DNA from: Octopus bimaculoides
Taxonomy: Eukaryota
Length of the DNA stretch: 38,356 nucleotides
Assembly (NCBI RefSeq): GCF_001194135.2
Contig: NC_068981.1
Coordinates: 183,350,151-183,388,506 of the forward strand
Direction of reading: 5' to 3'
Positions 23,583-34,909 of the stretch are shown here, one piece after another (position 1 is the first letter of the stretch; every line of letters begins with the position of its first letter). The translations under genes and the position numbers were made by a program. Under the pieces are notes generated by a model. That model saw only the letters and a program-made list of their open reading frames with translations, was not told the DNA's origin and did not search any database.

Positions 23583-24545
23583 GAAAAGTCTTTTGATATT
23601 GTTAACAGGGGACTTCTGTAGCATGTTCTCACTTTGGTTGATTGTTCCAAATCTTTTAAACTCCACTGCTGGCTCCACACAAGGATAACAGCTCGACGGC
23701 AAGAATCTGGGCTATTCAATGTAAAAAGAAACTTAGTCAAGGTTTCAAACTCGCTCTTGAACTGTCCTCTTCATCTATGTGACCACACTATTAATCGGAG
23801 CAGAAAGAAGACAGGAAGTCTCTATTTACTCAAATTCGACGGAACCTTTTCAATATCAGGAGTCTGCAGGCTACTATGGAGTCATTGACTTATGCTATAC
23901 TTATGACTACTCTAGTTGCTCATGCAACGGAAATCCTACGGGTCATCATTTCAAGACCCATCGCACCATATGAAAGAAGAGCATGATAGTAAACATCGAG
24001 AACACTAAGGTCATCTGTTAGTCATTTCTCCCCCTCCCTCCCTCCCTCCCTCCCTCCCTTCTCCACACTTTCTCGCAAAAATATCAACAACGGGTGACAC
24101 CTTCCAAAATCTAGGTACAGCAAACTTCCAATGACAACACACAGGATGAGAATTTTCTGGACTGCTTCAAACACGCTTGTGTATCGCTTGGAGAACTTAG
24201 AAAGAGATACTTTCTTGACAGCTATCTCTGCCCCTACGCAAATATCCTCTTGTATCTGGCAGTTTACGTTTCCACTTTCCTGTAAAGTTGCCAGACATTG
24301 CTTCAGACCTTTTCATTCACATGGTGAAGTAAGATTCAGCATAGTTAAATCCTCACTTTGACCAACTGCAGCATCATTGAATAAACACAATACAGGCGGC
24401 TCCGACATGTAGTGCTCGTTTCTGATTCGCGTCTACTCCTCCCCACCCTTACGTACGATTCTTAATGATCAGCTACTCCATGCTCAACCTTTGTCTGGAG
24501 GATAAAAGACATAGTTCAAACAGCAATTAAAGACTACCTCGTAAA
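23583..24545 (+). mobile_element. RTE (BovB-like) LINE RT-to-C-terminus fragment, heavily decayed, interrupted by (CCCT)n
   Basis: EKSFDIVNRGLL*, LHTRITAR, QGFKLA, DG.LFNIRSLQAT, DLCYTYD, LVAH..ILRVIISR, VNIENTKV, DTFQNLG, KHACVSLGELRKR..LYLAVYVSTFL*SCQT, RHVVLVSDSRL, GG*KT*FKQQLK appear in the RTE-BovB motif order. Confidence 0.8.
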
Positions 24546-24794
24546 AGGAAACAGTAGCCTTCAAAAGTAAATGACATAGATACTGGAGATCCATTTCGAC
24601 GGTCTTAATGTTAAAGAGAGATTGAAGACATCGAGGAGAAGGCACTCAGTACTATGAGGAGAGGCGAGAGAAAAATAAAGCATGTACGCTAAGTAGTTAC
24701 CACTCACCTCTCAAACCAAAGTTTTATAGTCTCGACTCCAACTGAGGCTAAGACGATACAACCTTTAAAGGGAAATGAAATCATCATGGGGTTT

Positions 24795-25008
24795 GTATGT
24801 ATTTGTTGTGTGTCTGTGTTTGTCCCGCCACCATCGCTTGAGAACCGATGTTGGTGCGTTTACGCCCCCCGTAACATGGCGGTTCGGCAAAAGCGACTGA
24901 TAAAATAAGTATACTAGGTTTACAAAGATTAAGTCCTGAGGTCGATTAGTTCCACTAAAGGCGGTGCTCAAGCATGGCCGCAGTCAAATGACTGAAACAG
25001 GTAAGACT
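24795..25008 (+). mobile_element. SINE family B 3' domain
   Basis: GTGTCTGTGTTTGTCCC..CATCGCTTGAGAACCGATG..AAAGGCGGTGCTCAAGCATGGCCGCAGTCAAATGACTGAAACAGGTAA. Confidence 0.9.
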
Positions 25009-25050
25009 AATACAAATAAGATACAAAAAAAGACTGAATTTAAATATATT

Positions 25051-25441
25051 TACTTTATCTGTTATCTTTTACTCTTACTTGTCTCCGTCGTTAGACTGCG
25101 GTCATGCTGGGGCACCGCCTGGGATTTTTAATGGAATGAGTAGAGCCCAATACTTATCTTTTATGCTTGGTACTTATTCCATTGGTTATTTTACGGGAAC
25201 GTAATCACACCAAGACCGGTCGTGAAGCGGTGATGGGGGTGGGGAACACACACACACATATTTATATATATATATATTTACGACAGGATTCTTTCAGTTT
25301 CCGTCTACCAAATCCACTCACAAGGCTTTGGTTGGCCCCAGGCTACAACAGAAGACAGCTGCCCAAGGTGCCACGCAGTGGGACTGAACCCGGAACCATG
25401 TAGTTGGGAAGCAAACTTCTTATCACACAGCCACTCCTGCG

Positions 25442-25443
<2 letters not shown>
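25051..25443 (-). mobile_element. Full-length SINE family B with short internal microsatellite
   Basis: Head ends ...CACAGCCACTCCTGCGCC (minus GGCGCAGGAGTGGCTGTG), about 33-bp CA/TA core at 25246-25279, 3' domain and CTTTTACT tail. Confidence 0.9.
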
Positions 25444-25478
<35 letters not shown>

Positions 25479-26239
25479 CCTATATATATATATATATATA
25501 TATATATGTAATATACACACATATCACATATATATATACATGCATATACATATATAGTCGATATGTAATATGTGTGTGTATATGTATGTATATATATGTA
25601 TATATATATATGCACCATACGCACGCACACGCACACACACACACACACAAGGATTGTTTTACCACACCCTGTCTTTAAAATATTTGTCGATGAAGCATTT
25701 GGAATAATATGAACTTCTGGAATGGTTATCTGAGATCTTCAGCTGCCGACACCAGTCTTAAAGTAGACTGAGTCATCTTGGCTAGCAATAATAATATGGG
25801 TCATACAACGAGCTTTGATGTAGCACAATATATTAGCATGCGGAAAGAAAGGTTTGTTGTCAACGAAGACGTAAACACGTATGTTTTAAACAATGCCTGG
25901 TCTTTCCCCGAAATTTGTTCAGCAGGGACATACGTAAAAACATGTCTGCGAGTCCCTGTTGTGTCATGGAGGTTGTGTTTGAGGAATTGGAGCGTGACGG
26001 ACCTTGAAATAATTGACAGTGTAGCAAAAGTGGGAAAAATAGCAGAAATGTAAACAGAAACAAACACTAACAAATGAATGAGTAATAAGAATGGTTTAAG
26101 ATCAGTACAGTGGCTTATGTCACCATCTAAATGTCTGCCATTGTCTGCAAACAGAGGATTGTTATAATAATAAAAACGCTGTCTGCTAACATAAACTTTA
26201 AAGCCAATCATTAAAACCGAACAAATGAACAGATGAAAG

Positions 26240-26657
26240 AGATAGAAAGTCAGAGAGAGAGAGAGAGAGAGAGGGGGGGGACAGACAGACAAAGAGACAG
26301 AGAGACATAGACATAGACAAAGAGAGAGACAGATAGACAGATAGAGAGAGTGACAGAAACAGAGAGACAGGCTGACAGACTAAGAGAGACTGAGAGAGAA
26401 AAAATAAAGACAGAAAGAAGAAACGGGTTAGATAGTAAGTGACAGAGTGAGTTAGACAAAGAGGAAGAGAGAGGTGGAGAGAGTTAGACGTAGATATAGA
26501 CGGAGAAACGGGAAGAGATAGAAGGAGACAAAGGGAGAGAGAAAGAGATAGTTAGAGAGATGTACAGACAGAGAGAGAAACAAGGACAGAGAGAGGGGGG
26601 AGAGGAGGAAAGAGGGGGAGAGATAGGGGTTAGACAAAGATATAGGCCGAAAAACAA

Positions 26658-26692
<35 letters not shown>

Positions 26693-26705
26693 GACAGAAA
26701 GAGAG

Positions 26706-26753
<48 letters not shown>

Positions 26754-27012
26754 ACAAGGAGAGACAAAAACAGATAGATAGAAAGATAGATAGAAAGATA
26801 GATAGATAAATAGAGAGAGAGAGAGAGACAGAGACACACACACATACATACAGACAGACAGACAGACAAACAGACAAAGAAAAGGCAGAGAGAAAAACAG
26901 AGAAAGACGGAAAGACGAAAAGACAAACAGACAGACAGATAGCGTGAGCTACTGAGGGAGGGAGAGACAGACAGACAGATAGAGAGACGTACAGAGAGAG
27001 AGAGAGAGAGAG
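26240..27012. repeat. Compound (GA)/(GACA)/(GATA) microsatellite region
   Basis: Directly visible; source of the LSLSLS and ERERER ORFs. Confidence 0.95.
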
Positions 27013-27428
27013 ATGATGGAGGGTGTTTGTGTTTCCAAGGTATTATTTGTTCCATGAAGACTTACAATCTATTTTATGTAGACATACAGTGGTAGGAGAG
27101 ACGGGTGACAAGTTGGTGTAAAAATATATCGCCAAACCACATGCGACCAAGAAACAATTGAGTCACACCGCCAAAAGGCTTACGCGAACTCAGACAAAAG
27201 ACATTGACAAAGCACTTCCCCATATTCCCCCTCCTGCAATTAATAACTCTTAAACCTTAAATAAACATTGTGCTGCCAATAACATTGGAGACACGTCTTG
27301 AAAAACTGTTTCTTGTTTTTTTTTTATACTGGACAAGAGCAGACGTTCTTTCCGCCAAATTGATTTTGCAGGGTTTAGGAGGTGAAAGGCATAGATGATG
27401 TGTGTATCTTTGTGTTTCTTGAGAGCGC

Positions 27429-27479
<51 letters not shown>

Positions 27480-27605
27480 GCTAACTAGACTATCAAATAC
27501 ATAAATCATATTTGTATAATCCATATAAAGGCGTATAGTTCACTCTGTATACGTCTTCATAAGCATATGTAGTGTGACATATACGTACATTTCTCCTTAA
27601 CTCAA

Positions 27606-27645
<40 letters not shown>

Positions 27646-27960
27646 NNNNNNNNNNNNNNNNNNNNNNNNNNNNNNNNNNNNNNNNNNNNNNNNNNNNNNN
27701 NNNNNNNNNNNNNNNNNNNNNNNNNNNNNNNNNNNNNNNNNNNNNNNNNNNNNNNNNNNNNNNNNNNNNNNNNNNNNNNNNNNNNNNNNNNNNNNNNNNN
27801 NNNNNNNNNNNNNNNNNNNNNNNNNNNNNNNNNNNNNNNNNNNNNNNNNNNNNNNNNNNNNNNNNNNNNNNNNNNNNNNNNNNNNNNNNNNNNNNNNNNN
27901 NNNNNNNNNNNNNNNNNNNNNNNNNNNNNNNNNNNNNNNNNNNNNNNNNNNNNNNNNNNN

Positions 27961-27992
<32 letters not shown>

Positions 27993-28140
27993 ACAAACAC
28001 ACACACGCACACACACACACGCACGCACGCATGCATTCAGAGTTAATTATGTGTTCAATCTAGCGTGAAGCGTTAAAATAACACTCGGTGCTGTTAATTA
28101 GAAGGGAGTAACATTTACCGAATGCTGGTTTTTGTGTGAT

Positions 28141-28178
28141 CCGCTACTCAGAGTTTCTCAATCCCGTCCCTCAGGCGA
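28141..28178 (-). ncRNA. Degenerate hammerhead-like motif
   Basis: Minus strand reads TCGC-CTGAGGG-ACGGGATTGA-GAA-ACTCTGAGT-A-GCGG. Stems I and III and a GUA triplet are present; A9 and stem II are damaged. Confidence 0.45.
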
Positions 28179-28423
28179 CTAAAGAGTCATAATTGGTTTT
28201 GGCTTTGAATACGCAACGATCAAGTGGCTGCCTTTGGATCAGCTAACAGTGAAGATAACTTGAGTGGTGGNNNNNNNNNNTTAAATAGAGAACGGAGGGG
28301 GGAGGGAATATCACACCAAGATAAATAAATAGATAGATTGATAGATAAATAAATGAATAAAAGAATGTGTGGAGAGTGAGAGCGGGACAAAGCAGAAACA
28401 GAGACAGACATAGGTTACGACAT

Positions 28424-28697
28424 GACAGAGAAGNNNNNNNNNNAGAAGAAGAAGAAGAAGAAGAAGAAGAAGAAGAATGAAGGAAGGAAGGGAGGAAGAA
28501 GAAGAAGAAGAAGAATGAATGAATGAATGAAGGAAGGAAGGAAGGAAAGAAGAAGAAGAAGAAGAAGAAGAAGAAGAAGAAGAAGAAGGAGGAGGAGGAG
28601 GAAGGAAGGAAGGATGGAAGGAAGGAAGGAAGGAAAGAAGAAGAAGAAGAAGAAGAAGAAGAAGAAGAAGAAGAAGAAGAAGAAGAAGAAGAAGAAG

Positions 28698-28729
<32 letters not shown>

Positions 28730-28730
28730 C
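28424..28730. repeat. (GAA)n/(GGAA)n/(GGA)n/(CAA)n compound repeat
   Basis: Directly visible. Confidence 0.97.
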
Positions 28731-28853
28731 TAGTGGTTCGGCAAAACAGACCAATACAATAAATACCAGGTTTGAGAAAAAAGATCTGGGGTCGATTCAT
28801 TCGATTAAAACCTCTTCAAAGTCTAATGACTGAAACACGTAAAAGATAAAAGA
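28731..28853 (+). mobile_element. SINE family B 3' fragment
   Basis: GGTTCGGCAAAA..CTGGGGTCGATTCATTCGA..TAATGACTGAAACACGTAAAAGATAAAAG. Confidence 0.8.
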
Positions 28854-29043
28854 CAAATCTGATTACAAAACAAGATACAAAGAAAGCAGGAAAACCAGGC
28901 ATTAACTGATCGATTAGAACAAAGGATGAGAACAAAGGACAGCGAAATAGAGTGGAGTACCCTCGATGAGGTACCTTTATCGTTTCCACGTTTCCATCAG
29001 TGGACAGTGGTCATGCTAGGGAAACGCCTTATAGAGTTTAGTC

Positions 29044-29140
29044 CAGTGGTTCCCGAAGTGGGCGGTATTGCCCCCCCCCCACCTGGGAATGGGTGGAAAG
29101 TTCCAAGGGGGCGTTGAAGAAAAGTGGGGTGATTATGGGT
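29044..29140 (+). mobile_element. hAT-Charlie-like transposon/MITE terminus fragment
   Basis: CAGTGGTTCCCGAAGTGGGCGGTATTGCCCCCC resembles the CAGTGGTTCCCAAAGTG termini typical of Charlie-type hATs. No partner TIR or TSD found. Confidence 0.5.
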
Positions 29141-30418
29141 AATCTGTCCAGCATTACCCAACAAAGGACCTTTCCAGCAACAGCTAATAGACAGATGCCG
29201 CGATAATTATCACAGACATCCTTTCCACCTTTAAATTTATATAGTATCTACATAGTCGCATCACGCCAATCCGGAAGAAACTCTCTGAACTGCAGAAAGT
29301 CTTGTCGCTTTGTAAGTGACCGGTTTGAACGCTCTTAATTTAAATGCAACTCAAAGAAGAACCATACATACATGTCGAATTCTCTGCAAATAACTCCCTA
29401 CTCTAATGGGCTATGGTGCCCAAAGAATGATTCATATGAAACACGTTTAAATGTCTTTTCCAGGTGAAGCTATTTAGTTAGACATAGCCTGAGCCAATAC
29501 TGGCCGAACTTATCTAAGTATTTACATACATATATAACTGTATAATAACATATTCTCTCCGATTTAAAGTGACAATTTTTAAATACAAGCAAATGACCGA
29601 AAAATGGTGAGCTAACCCTAACCAGAATCGAGCCCACAATTCAACGCTAACACGACTCCTTGCGCATCCAATTGGACCAAACGCTCACCCATCCAAATTC
29701 CAACCCAATTTAATGAATATATACTTAAACTGTCAAATACTGCATATGATATTTGTAAGCGAATGCGTAAAATGAGGGGAACTGAGGAAATCCAGGCAAA
29801 TAACTTCGTCAGCGCTCCACGAGAAATCACAGCCAGTAGGATGTAGAGAGAGGAAAGATAATCCAGTTAGTCAAAAAAATGTTCCATACAAACTGTAAGT
29901 CCGTGGAATTTACCTATTTGTGCATCAATCACAGAATATAAAATAAAACGATCAGTTTCCTGATAGTTGTCGAAACAATCGTGATTAATAAACGCCGTGT
30001 GTGTATATGTGCGTTGGTATGTGTGTATGTGTGTGTTGGCATGTGTGTATGTGTGTGTGTGTGTATTATATATGTACATATGTGTGTATGTGCGCGTATG
30101 CCCACCATGTGTGCATGCGTGCGTATGTGTGTATGTGTATATATGAGCACGTGCGTGTGTGTGTGTGTGTGTGTATTTACTTTGATAGCGATATCAAAAA
30201 CCTATAATTCTATCAATCCAGATGTGCCACGTCGTTCTTTTATGTTTCTTACACTTCTTCTTCTCTAAACAAACGCCATACTCTATGATGCCGCTAGCCA
30301 TACACACTCATGTGGTTGATATATCACCCATTGCTCTTCTTTAACCTTTTCACTCACAGCTGTTGTGCACATGCAGCCGATTCTCTCTCACACACACACA
30401 TACACACACACACACACA

Positions 30419-30458
<40 letters not shown>

Positions 30459-30468
30459 NNNNNNNNNN

Positions 30469-30543
<75 letters not shown>

Positions 30544-30736
30544 CACAGTGCGCGCGCGTCCAAACACACTTGACATGTATTCTACGAAGAGGGATTTTGA
30601 AAACGTCCTGCAATTGAGACGGACACTTCAACAACACTAATATAACCACCCTTGAATAAGAATTGAACGTCTGACTGTTTTTAAAAATGTTAACCACGTT
30701 ATATCGGTTCAACATATCGAATGATGATAACCCTTT

Positions 30737-30914
30737 CTACAAGGCCTGAAATTTTGGGGGAGGGGATGAGTCGATTACATCGACCCTAGTGTGTCACTGG
30801 TACTCAACTTATCGACCTCGAAAGGATGAAAATTGAACCCAGAACGTAGCGACGGACAAAATACCGCAAAGTATTTCGTCCAGTGTGCTAACGATTCAGC
30901 CAATTCGCCACCTT
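30737..30914 (-). mobile_element. SINE family A with internal deletion
   Basis: GTCGATTACATCGACCC..AAAGGATGAAA[deletion]TTGAACCCAGAACGTA..GCTAACGATTCAGCCAATTCGCCACC. Confidence 0.88.
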
Positions 30915-30920
30915 AATATC

Positions 30921-30951
<31 letters not shown>

Positions 30952-31166
30952 CCTTTCTAGTAAAGGCAAGAGACCTGAAAGTTTTAGATTAGGGGACTAG
31001 TCGATTACATCGACCCCAGTATTTCACTGGTACTTAATTTATCGATCCCAAAAGGATGAAAGGCAGAGTTGATTTCGGAAGAATTTGAACTCCCAATGTA
31101 AAGGCGGACGAAATACCGCTAAGCATTTTGCCCGACTTGCTAGCGATTCTGCCAGCTTGCTGTCCT
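30952..31166 (-). mobile_element. SINE family A, tandem with the previous copy across (AAT)n
   Basis: GTCGATTACATCGACCCCAG..AAAGGATGAAAGGCAGAG..GAATTTGAACTC..GCGATTCTGCCAGCT. Confidence 0.88.
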
Positions 31167-31319
31167 TAATATCAAAATATTAATAACACACACATTCATT
31201 CAGTCTTCTATCTTCTCGGTTCACTATTCCTGGGTGATTCGAGGAAAACTAGTCTTCAGTCACCTCTTCGTTAATCTCCAAACAGAAGCAACTGTCATTA
31301 GACTTTCCGACTGGTTTCC

Positions 31320-31635
31320 CAACTGAGACTATAGATATTCTCCAACCCTCTTGTTCTTGGTCTATTCCTAGGCTTCTTACGCGTTGGCTCGGATGGAAGA
31401 ATGTGTTTTGCAATCCTTTCCTGCAATATTCTCCTCACATGTCCATAATACTGCTGCGACGTCCTTTCAATGTGAAGAAGTGGCTACTCGACCTGGAGAG
31501 ACTCCCTGATATCCCAGCTACGTACCCTGTCAAGCAATTTAACTTCAGTGATCCTTCAGTCGTTCTCGTTTGGTCATAACCACAGGTGAGAGCAGGCACG
31601 AGAACTGAACTTTGGAAATTCTGTTTCAGACTCAA
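31320..31635 (-). mobile_element. RTE-clade (Rex3/Expander-like) LINE C-terminal fragment
   Basis: FQSSVLVPALTCGY .. DRVRSWDIRESLQVE*PLLHIERTSQQYYGHVRRILQERIAKHIL..RKKPRNRPRTR matches L.DRVRS..IRE.L.VEPLLL.IERSQL.W.GH..RM..R..RPRGRPRTRW. Confidence 0.85.
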
Positions 31636-31970
31636 TATTCTAGATCTAAAAATATTAGAATTTATCCTGCATCATTCAGATTCATATCCTGTTGGCAAGG
31701 ATTTGACTGTCATTCTACTTTTTATTTTACCTTCAACCATTTTTACTCTTTCGGTCTCTTCCATTACTTTTAATCTATACACTTCCGATGAAAGACCAGC
31801 GTCCAAAATATGAAAACACTTTCCCTAACTTTAAGCGTTAAGCTGTTTATTATAATTAGCTTATAATTATAACACTTGTTATAATTTTTCCCTCGACGGT
31901 TTTCTTTATTTCATCTTGTGCTCATCGTTGTCAGAACTATATATATATATATATAAATATATATATATAA

Positions 31971-32630
31971 TATATAGTTTTAGGGAAAATAACCAAGTTT
32001 CAAGAACTCATCGATGAAAATCCACTATCACATATAGAAAAATTAACAATTAAAAGCACAATAAATGAGTATAATATAAAGCAAAGTAAATATCATAAGA
32101 TAAATATAATAAAATGATTACACGTGTTTCATAACTAATTTTCAAAGAGAAAGGAAATTTAAATCGATTAAAATCAATTGAAATTATCGAAAATAAATTC
32201 TATTCAAAAATATAGCTAATCGTCAGATCGTAAGTAGAACAATAATTAGATATATATATCTCAACCAACAATAAGTACCAAATGAATTAATATGAAATAC
32301 TTATTTTATAANNNNNNNNNNNNNNNNNNNNNNNNNNNNNNNNNNNNNNNNNNNNNNNNNNNNNNNNNNNNNNNNNNNNNNNNNNNNNNNNNNNNNNNNN
32401 NNNNNNNNNNNNNNNNNNNNNNNNNNNNNNNNNNNNNNNNNNNNNNNNNNNNNNNNNNNNNNNNNNNNNNNNNNNNNNNNNNNNNNNNNNNNNNNNNNNN
32501 NNNNNNGCTAAAAATGTTTATTTAATTATCATTAAAAATCAATTGAATAATAGAATAATACAAGAATATTTATTTCTACAAACGTAAGAATAAAAATATG
32601 AAACTTGGTTATTTTCCCTAAAACTATATA
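31971..32630 (-). mobile_element. AT-rich element with perfect 32-bp terminal inverted repeats and an internal hammerhead motif (PLE-derived or MITE)
   Basis: TATATAGTTTTAGGGAAAATAACCAAGTTTCA (31971-32002) / TGAAACTTGGTTATTTTCCCTAAAACTATATA (32599-32630); minus-strand CTGACGA..GAAACACGTGTA at 32116-32229. Gap at 32312-32505. Confidence 0.75.
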
Positions 32631-32733
32631 TTTTATATATATTTTATCTATAAAGCTCAATTTAATTTTAATTTTTAATAAATTGATTTTAATTGTTTTT
32701 ACCTGTAATTTTGGATTTTGTCCCTAATATTAT

Positions 32734-32784
<51 letters not shown>

Positions 32785-32785
<1 letters not shown>

Positions 32786-33058
32786 ACTCCGTCGGTTACG
32801 GCGACGAAGGTCCCAGCTGATACGAGTCTTTGGTAGACCTGAGGCTACAGCAGAAGATACTTGCCCAAGGTGCCACGTAATGGGACTGAACCCGAAACCA
32901 TGTGGTTGGGAAGCAAGCTTCTTATCACACACCTACGACGGGCTTTTTCCAGTTTCTGTCTATCAAATCCACTCCAGGCTTTTGTCATCCCGAAGCTATT
33001 ACAGAAGACACTTGCCCAAGGTGCCACGCAATAAGATTGAACCCGGACCCATGTGGGA
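32785..33058 (-). mobile_element. Two tandem SINE family B heads; the left copy has a different 3' end
   Basis: CAGAAGA(T/C)ACTTGCCCAAGGTGCCACG..GAACCCG..CCATGTGG occurs twice (about 32846-32935 and 32936-33058). 32785-32830 carries CACTCCGTCGGTTACGGCGACGAAGGTCCCAGCTGAT instead of the usual continuation. Confidence 0.85.
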
Positions 33059-33255
33059 TTTTATTTTTCTTGCTTCCGTTTTCATCTTTCCTTTTTCTAT
33101 TTAAGTTTCTAAAGAACTTAAGCTGAAAATGTCAAAAACAATTCCATTTCCTTAATTTTTGATTTAGTATTAAACTAATAGCTGTAGTTTTTTTTTGTTT
33201 TTTTTTTCACTTTACCTTTTAAGTTGTTACTGTCAGCATAAATTTTGAGTACATA

Positions 33256-33431
33256 TGAGGATGTGCGGAAAAGTTCCTGGCGTTAAAAGTATCGCGAAAG
33301 ACCTATTCGGAGGTCCCGAACTTCCGAGTTTTTTTTTTTACAGGGGTTAGAAAAACCGAAGAACCGCTGCAATAAGTGTGTGAATCTGGGAAGGGAATAT
33401 GTAGAATAAAATTATAATTAACTGGTTCTCC
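33256..33431 (+). mobile_element. mariner-derived MITE, right end lost in gap
   Basis: TA-TGAGGATGTGCGGAAAAGTTCCTGGC..GAAGAACCGCTGCAATAAGTGTGTGAATCTG..ATAATTAACTG, collinear with 34910-35127. Confidence 0.85.
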
Positions 33432-33759
33432 NNNNNNNNNNNNNNNNNNNNNNNNNNNNNNNNNNNNNNNNNNNNNNNNNNNNNNNNNNNNNNNNNNNNN
33501 NNNNNNNNNNNNNNNNNNNNNNNNNNNNNNNNNNNNNNNNNNNNNNNNNNNNNNNNNNNNNNNNNNNNNNNNNNNNNNNNNNNNNNNNNNNNNNNNNNNN
33601 NNNNNNNNNNNNNNNNNNNNNNNNNNNNNNNNNNNNNNNNNNNNGTGTGTGTATGCGTATGTGTGTATGTGTAGGTTATAGGTGTTTACATGACCAAAAT
33701 TCGAGGTCTCAATACATATGATCAAGTGAAAACATAAAGCTTTAGATATAAGAAAACAA

Positions 33760-33963
33760 AAGCAGTAAGCTGGCAGAAATGTGGGCACGCCGGGTGAAAT
33801 GCTTAGCGGTATTTCGTGTCATAACGTTCTGAGTTCAAATTCTGCTGAGGTCGACTTTGCTTTTCATCCTTTCGGGGGTCGATAAATTGCGGACTGGGGT
33901 TGATCTAATCGACTGACCTCCTCCCCAAAAATTTCGGGCCTTGTGCCTAGAGTAGAAAAGAAA
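33760..33963 (+). mobile_element. SINE family A with 16-bp target-site duplication
   Basis: AGATATAAGAAAACAA at 33744-33759 and 33964-33979 flanks the copy. Confidence 0.93.
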
Positions 33964-34454
33964 AGATATAAGAAAACAATCTGGTTTACTAACACAGAAT
34001 TACACACACACACACATTTAACATACATAAAAGAGTATGATGTACTTGATATTTAAAAGAAAAATACAAACATTTTATAGTAACTATAATAACAATTTAA
34101 GTATGTGGTTAGTTGTTAGAAGTGTCTGCTGTCATTGTATCAATCACATGACCAACTGCACCAAGAGCTGTACTTTCCTGCAATTTCTAGTGAGAGGAAA
34201 GAGATGGCATTCTAATGACAGAGTAAGCAATTAAAAAAAAATGTAAATGAACACATCAGCTAGAACATTAATATCAACAACAACAAAAACATCAACTATA
34301 ACATCAATGATAATGAGAACGGCAAACTGTTAAAATAAGCTTGCACTCAGGAATTACCTCATTAAACATTAAACTTTCAATCTTGCTTCCGGTTAATTGA
34401 AGGTTTATTATTTTAATTTAAACTGGTTTGAATTAAATTTAATTATATTTATTT

Positions 34455-34610
34455 TGCTTGCGTTCAGATTTTACGTACAGCCGAAAGTGACTTTCCTTTT
34501 CATCTTTTCAAAGTAGACCAAATAAGTACCAGTGAGATATTTGGGTCGATTTAATCAGTTGTGCACTTCCTGCAATTTGGGGACTCCGTACTTAAGTTTA
34601 AAAGAAAAAA
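34455..34610 (+). mobile_element. Very old SINE family A remnant
   Basis: GACTTTCCTTTTCATCTTTTC..AATAAGTACCAGTGAG..GGGTCGATTTAATC. Confidence 0.6.
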
Positions 34611-34909
34611 ATGCTTTTAGGGAAATGGGGCAATAACACAATCTGTAAGACATCCGCCTTGCGGGCTTTTAGTTTTCGGTTTTTTGGTGTTTTGAGATGA
34701 AATCCCGGCGGGATTTCAACTTTTATTTTCATCCTTCCAACATCAATAAAATAAATTATCACTCTCCGAAATACACGATATACTCATGGTAGGAAAAAGC
34801 TATTCCCATTGCGTCTATTTTAGTATTGTGCTCGCCAAAAACCAACCATTCCAGACAAAACTAATAAAAAACAAAACGACACACATGCTAATTAGAATTC
34901 TAAGATCTA

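Noticed and set aside
25778-26053. 91-aa non-repetitive ORF (MASNNNMGHTT..) and overlapping minus ORFs
   Set aside because: TTG start, no recognisable domain, no consistent splice pair; this length is expected by chance. A BLASTp search would settle it.
28986-29003. Minus-strand CCA-CTGATG-GAAACGT-GG hammerhead-like string
   Set aside because: Lacks A9, stem II and the cleavage nucleotide; compatible with chance.
29612-29623. Telomere-like CTAACCCTAACC
   Set aside because: Only two units; too short to call an interstitial telomeric repeat.
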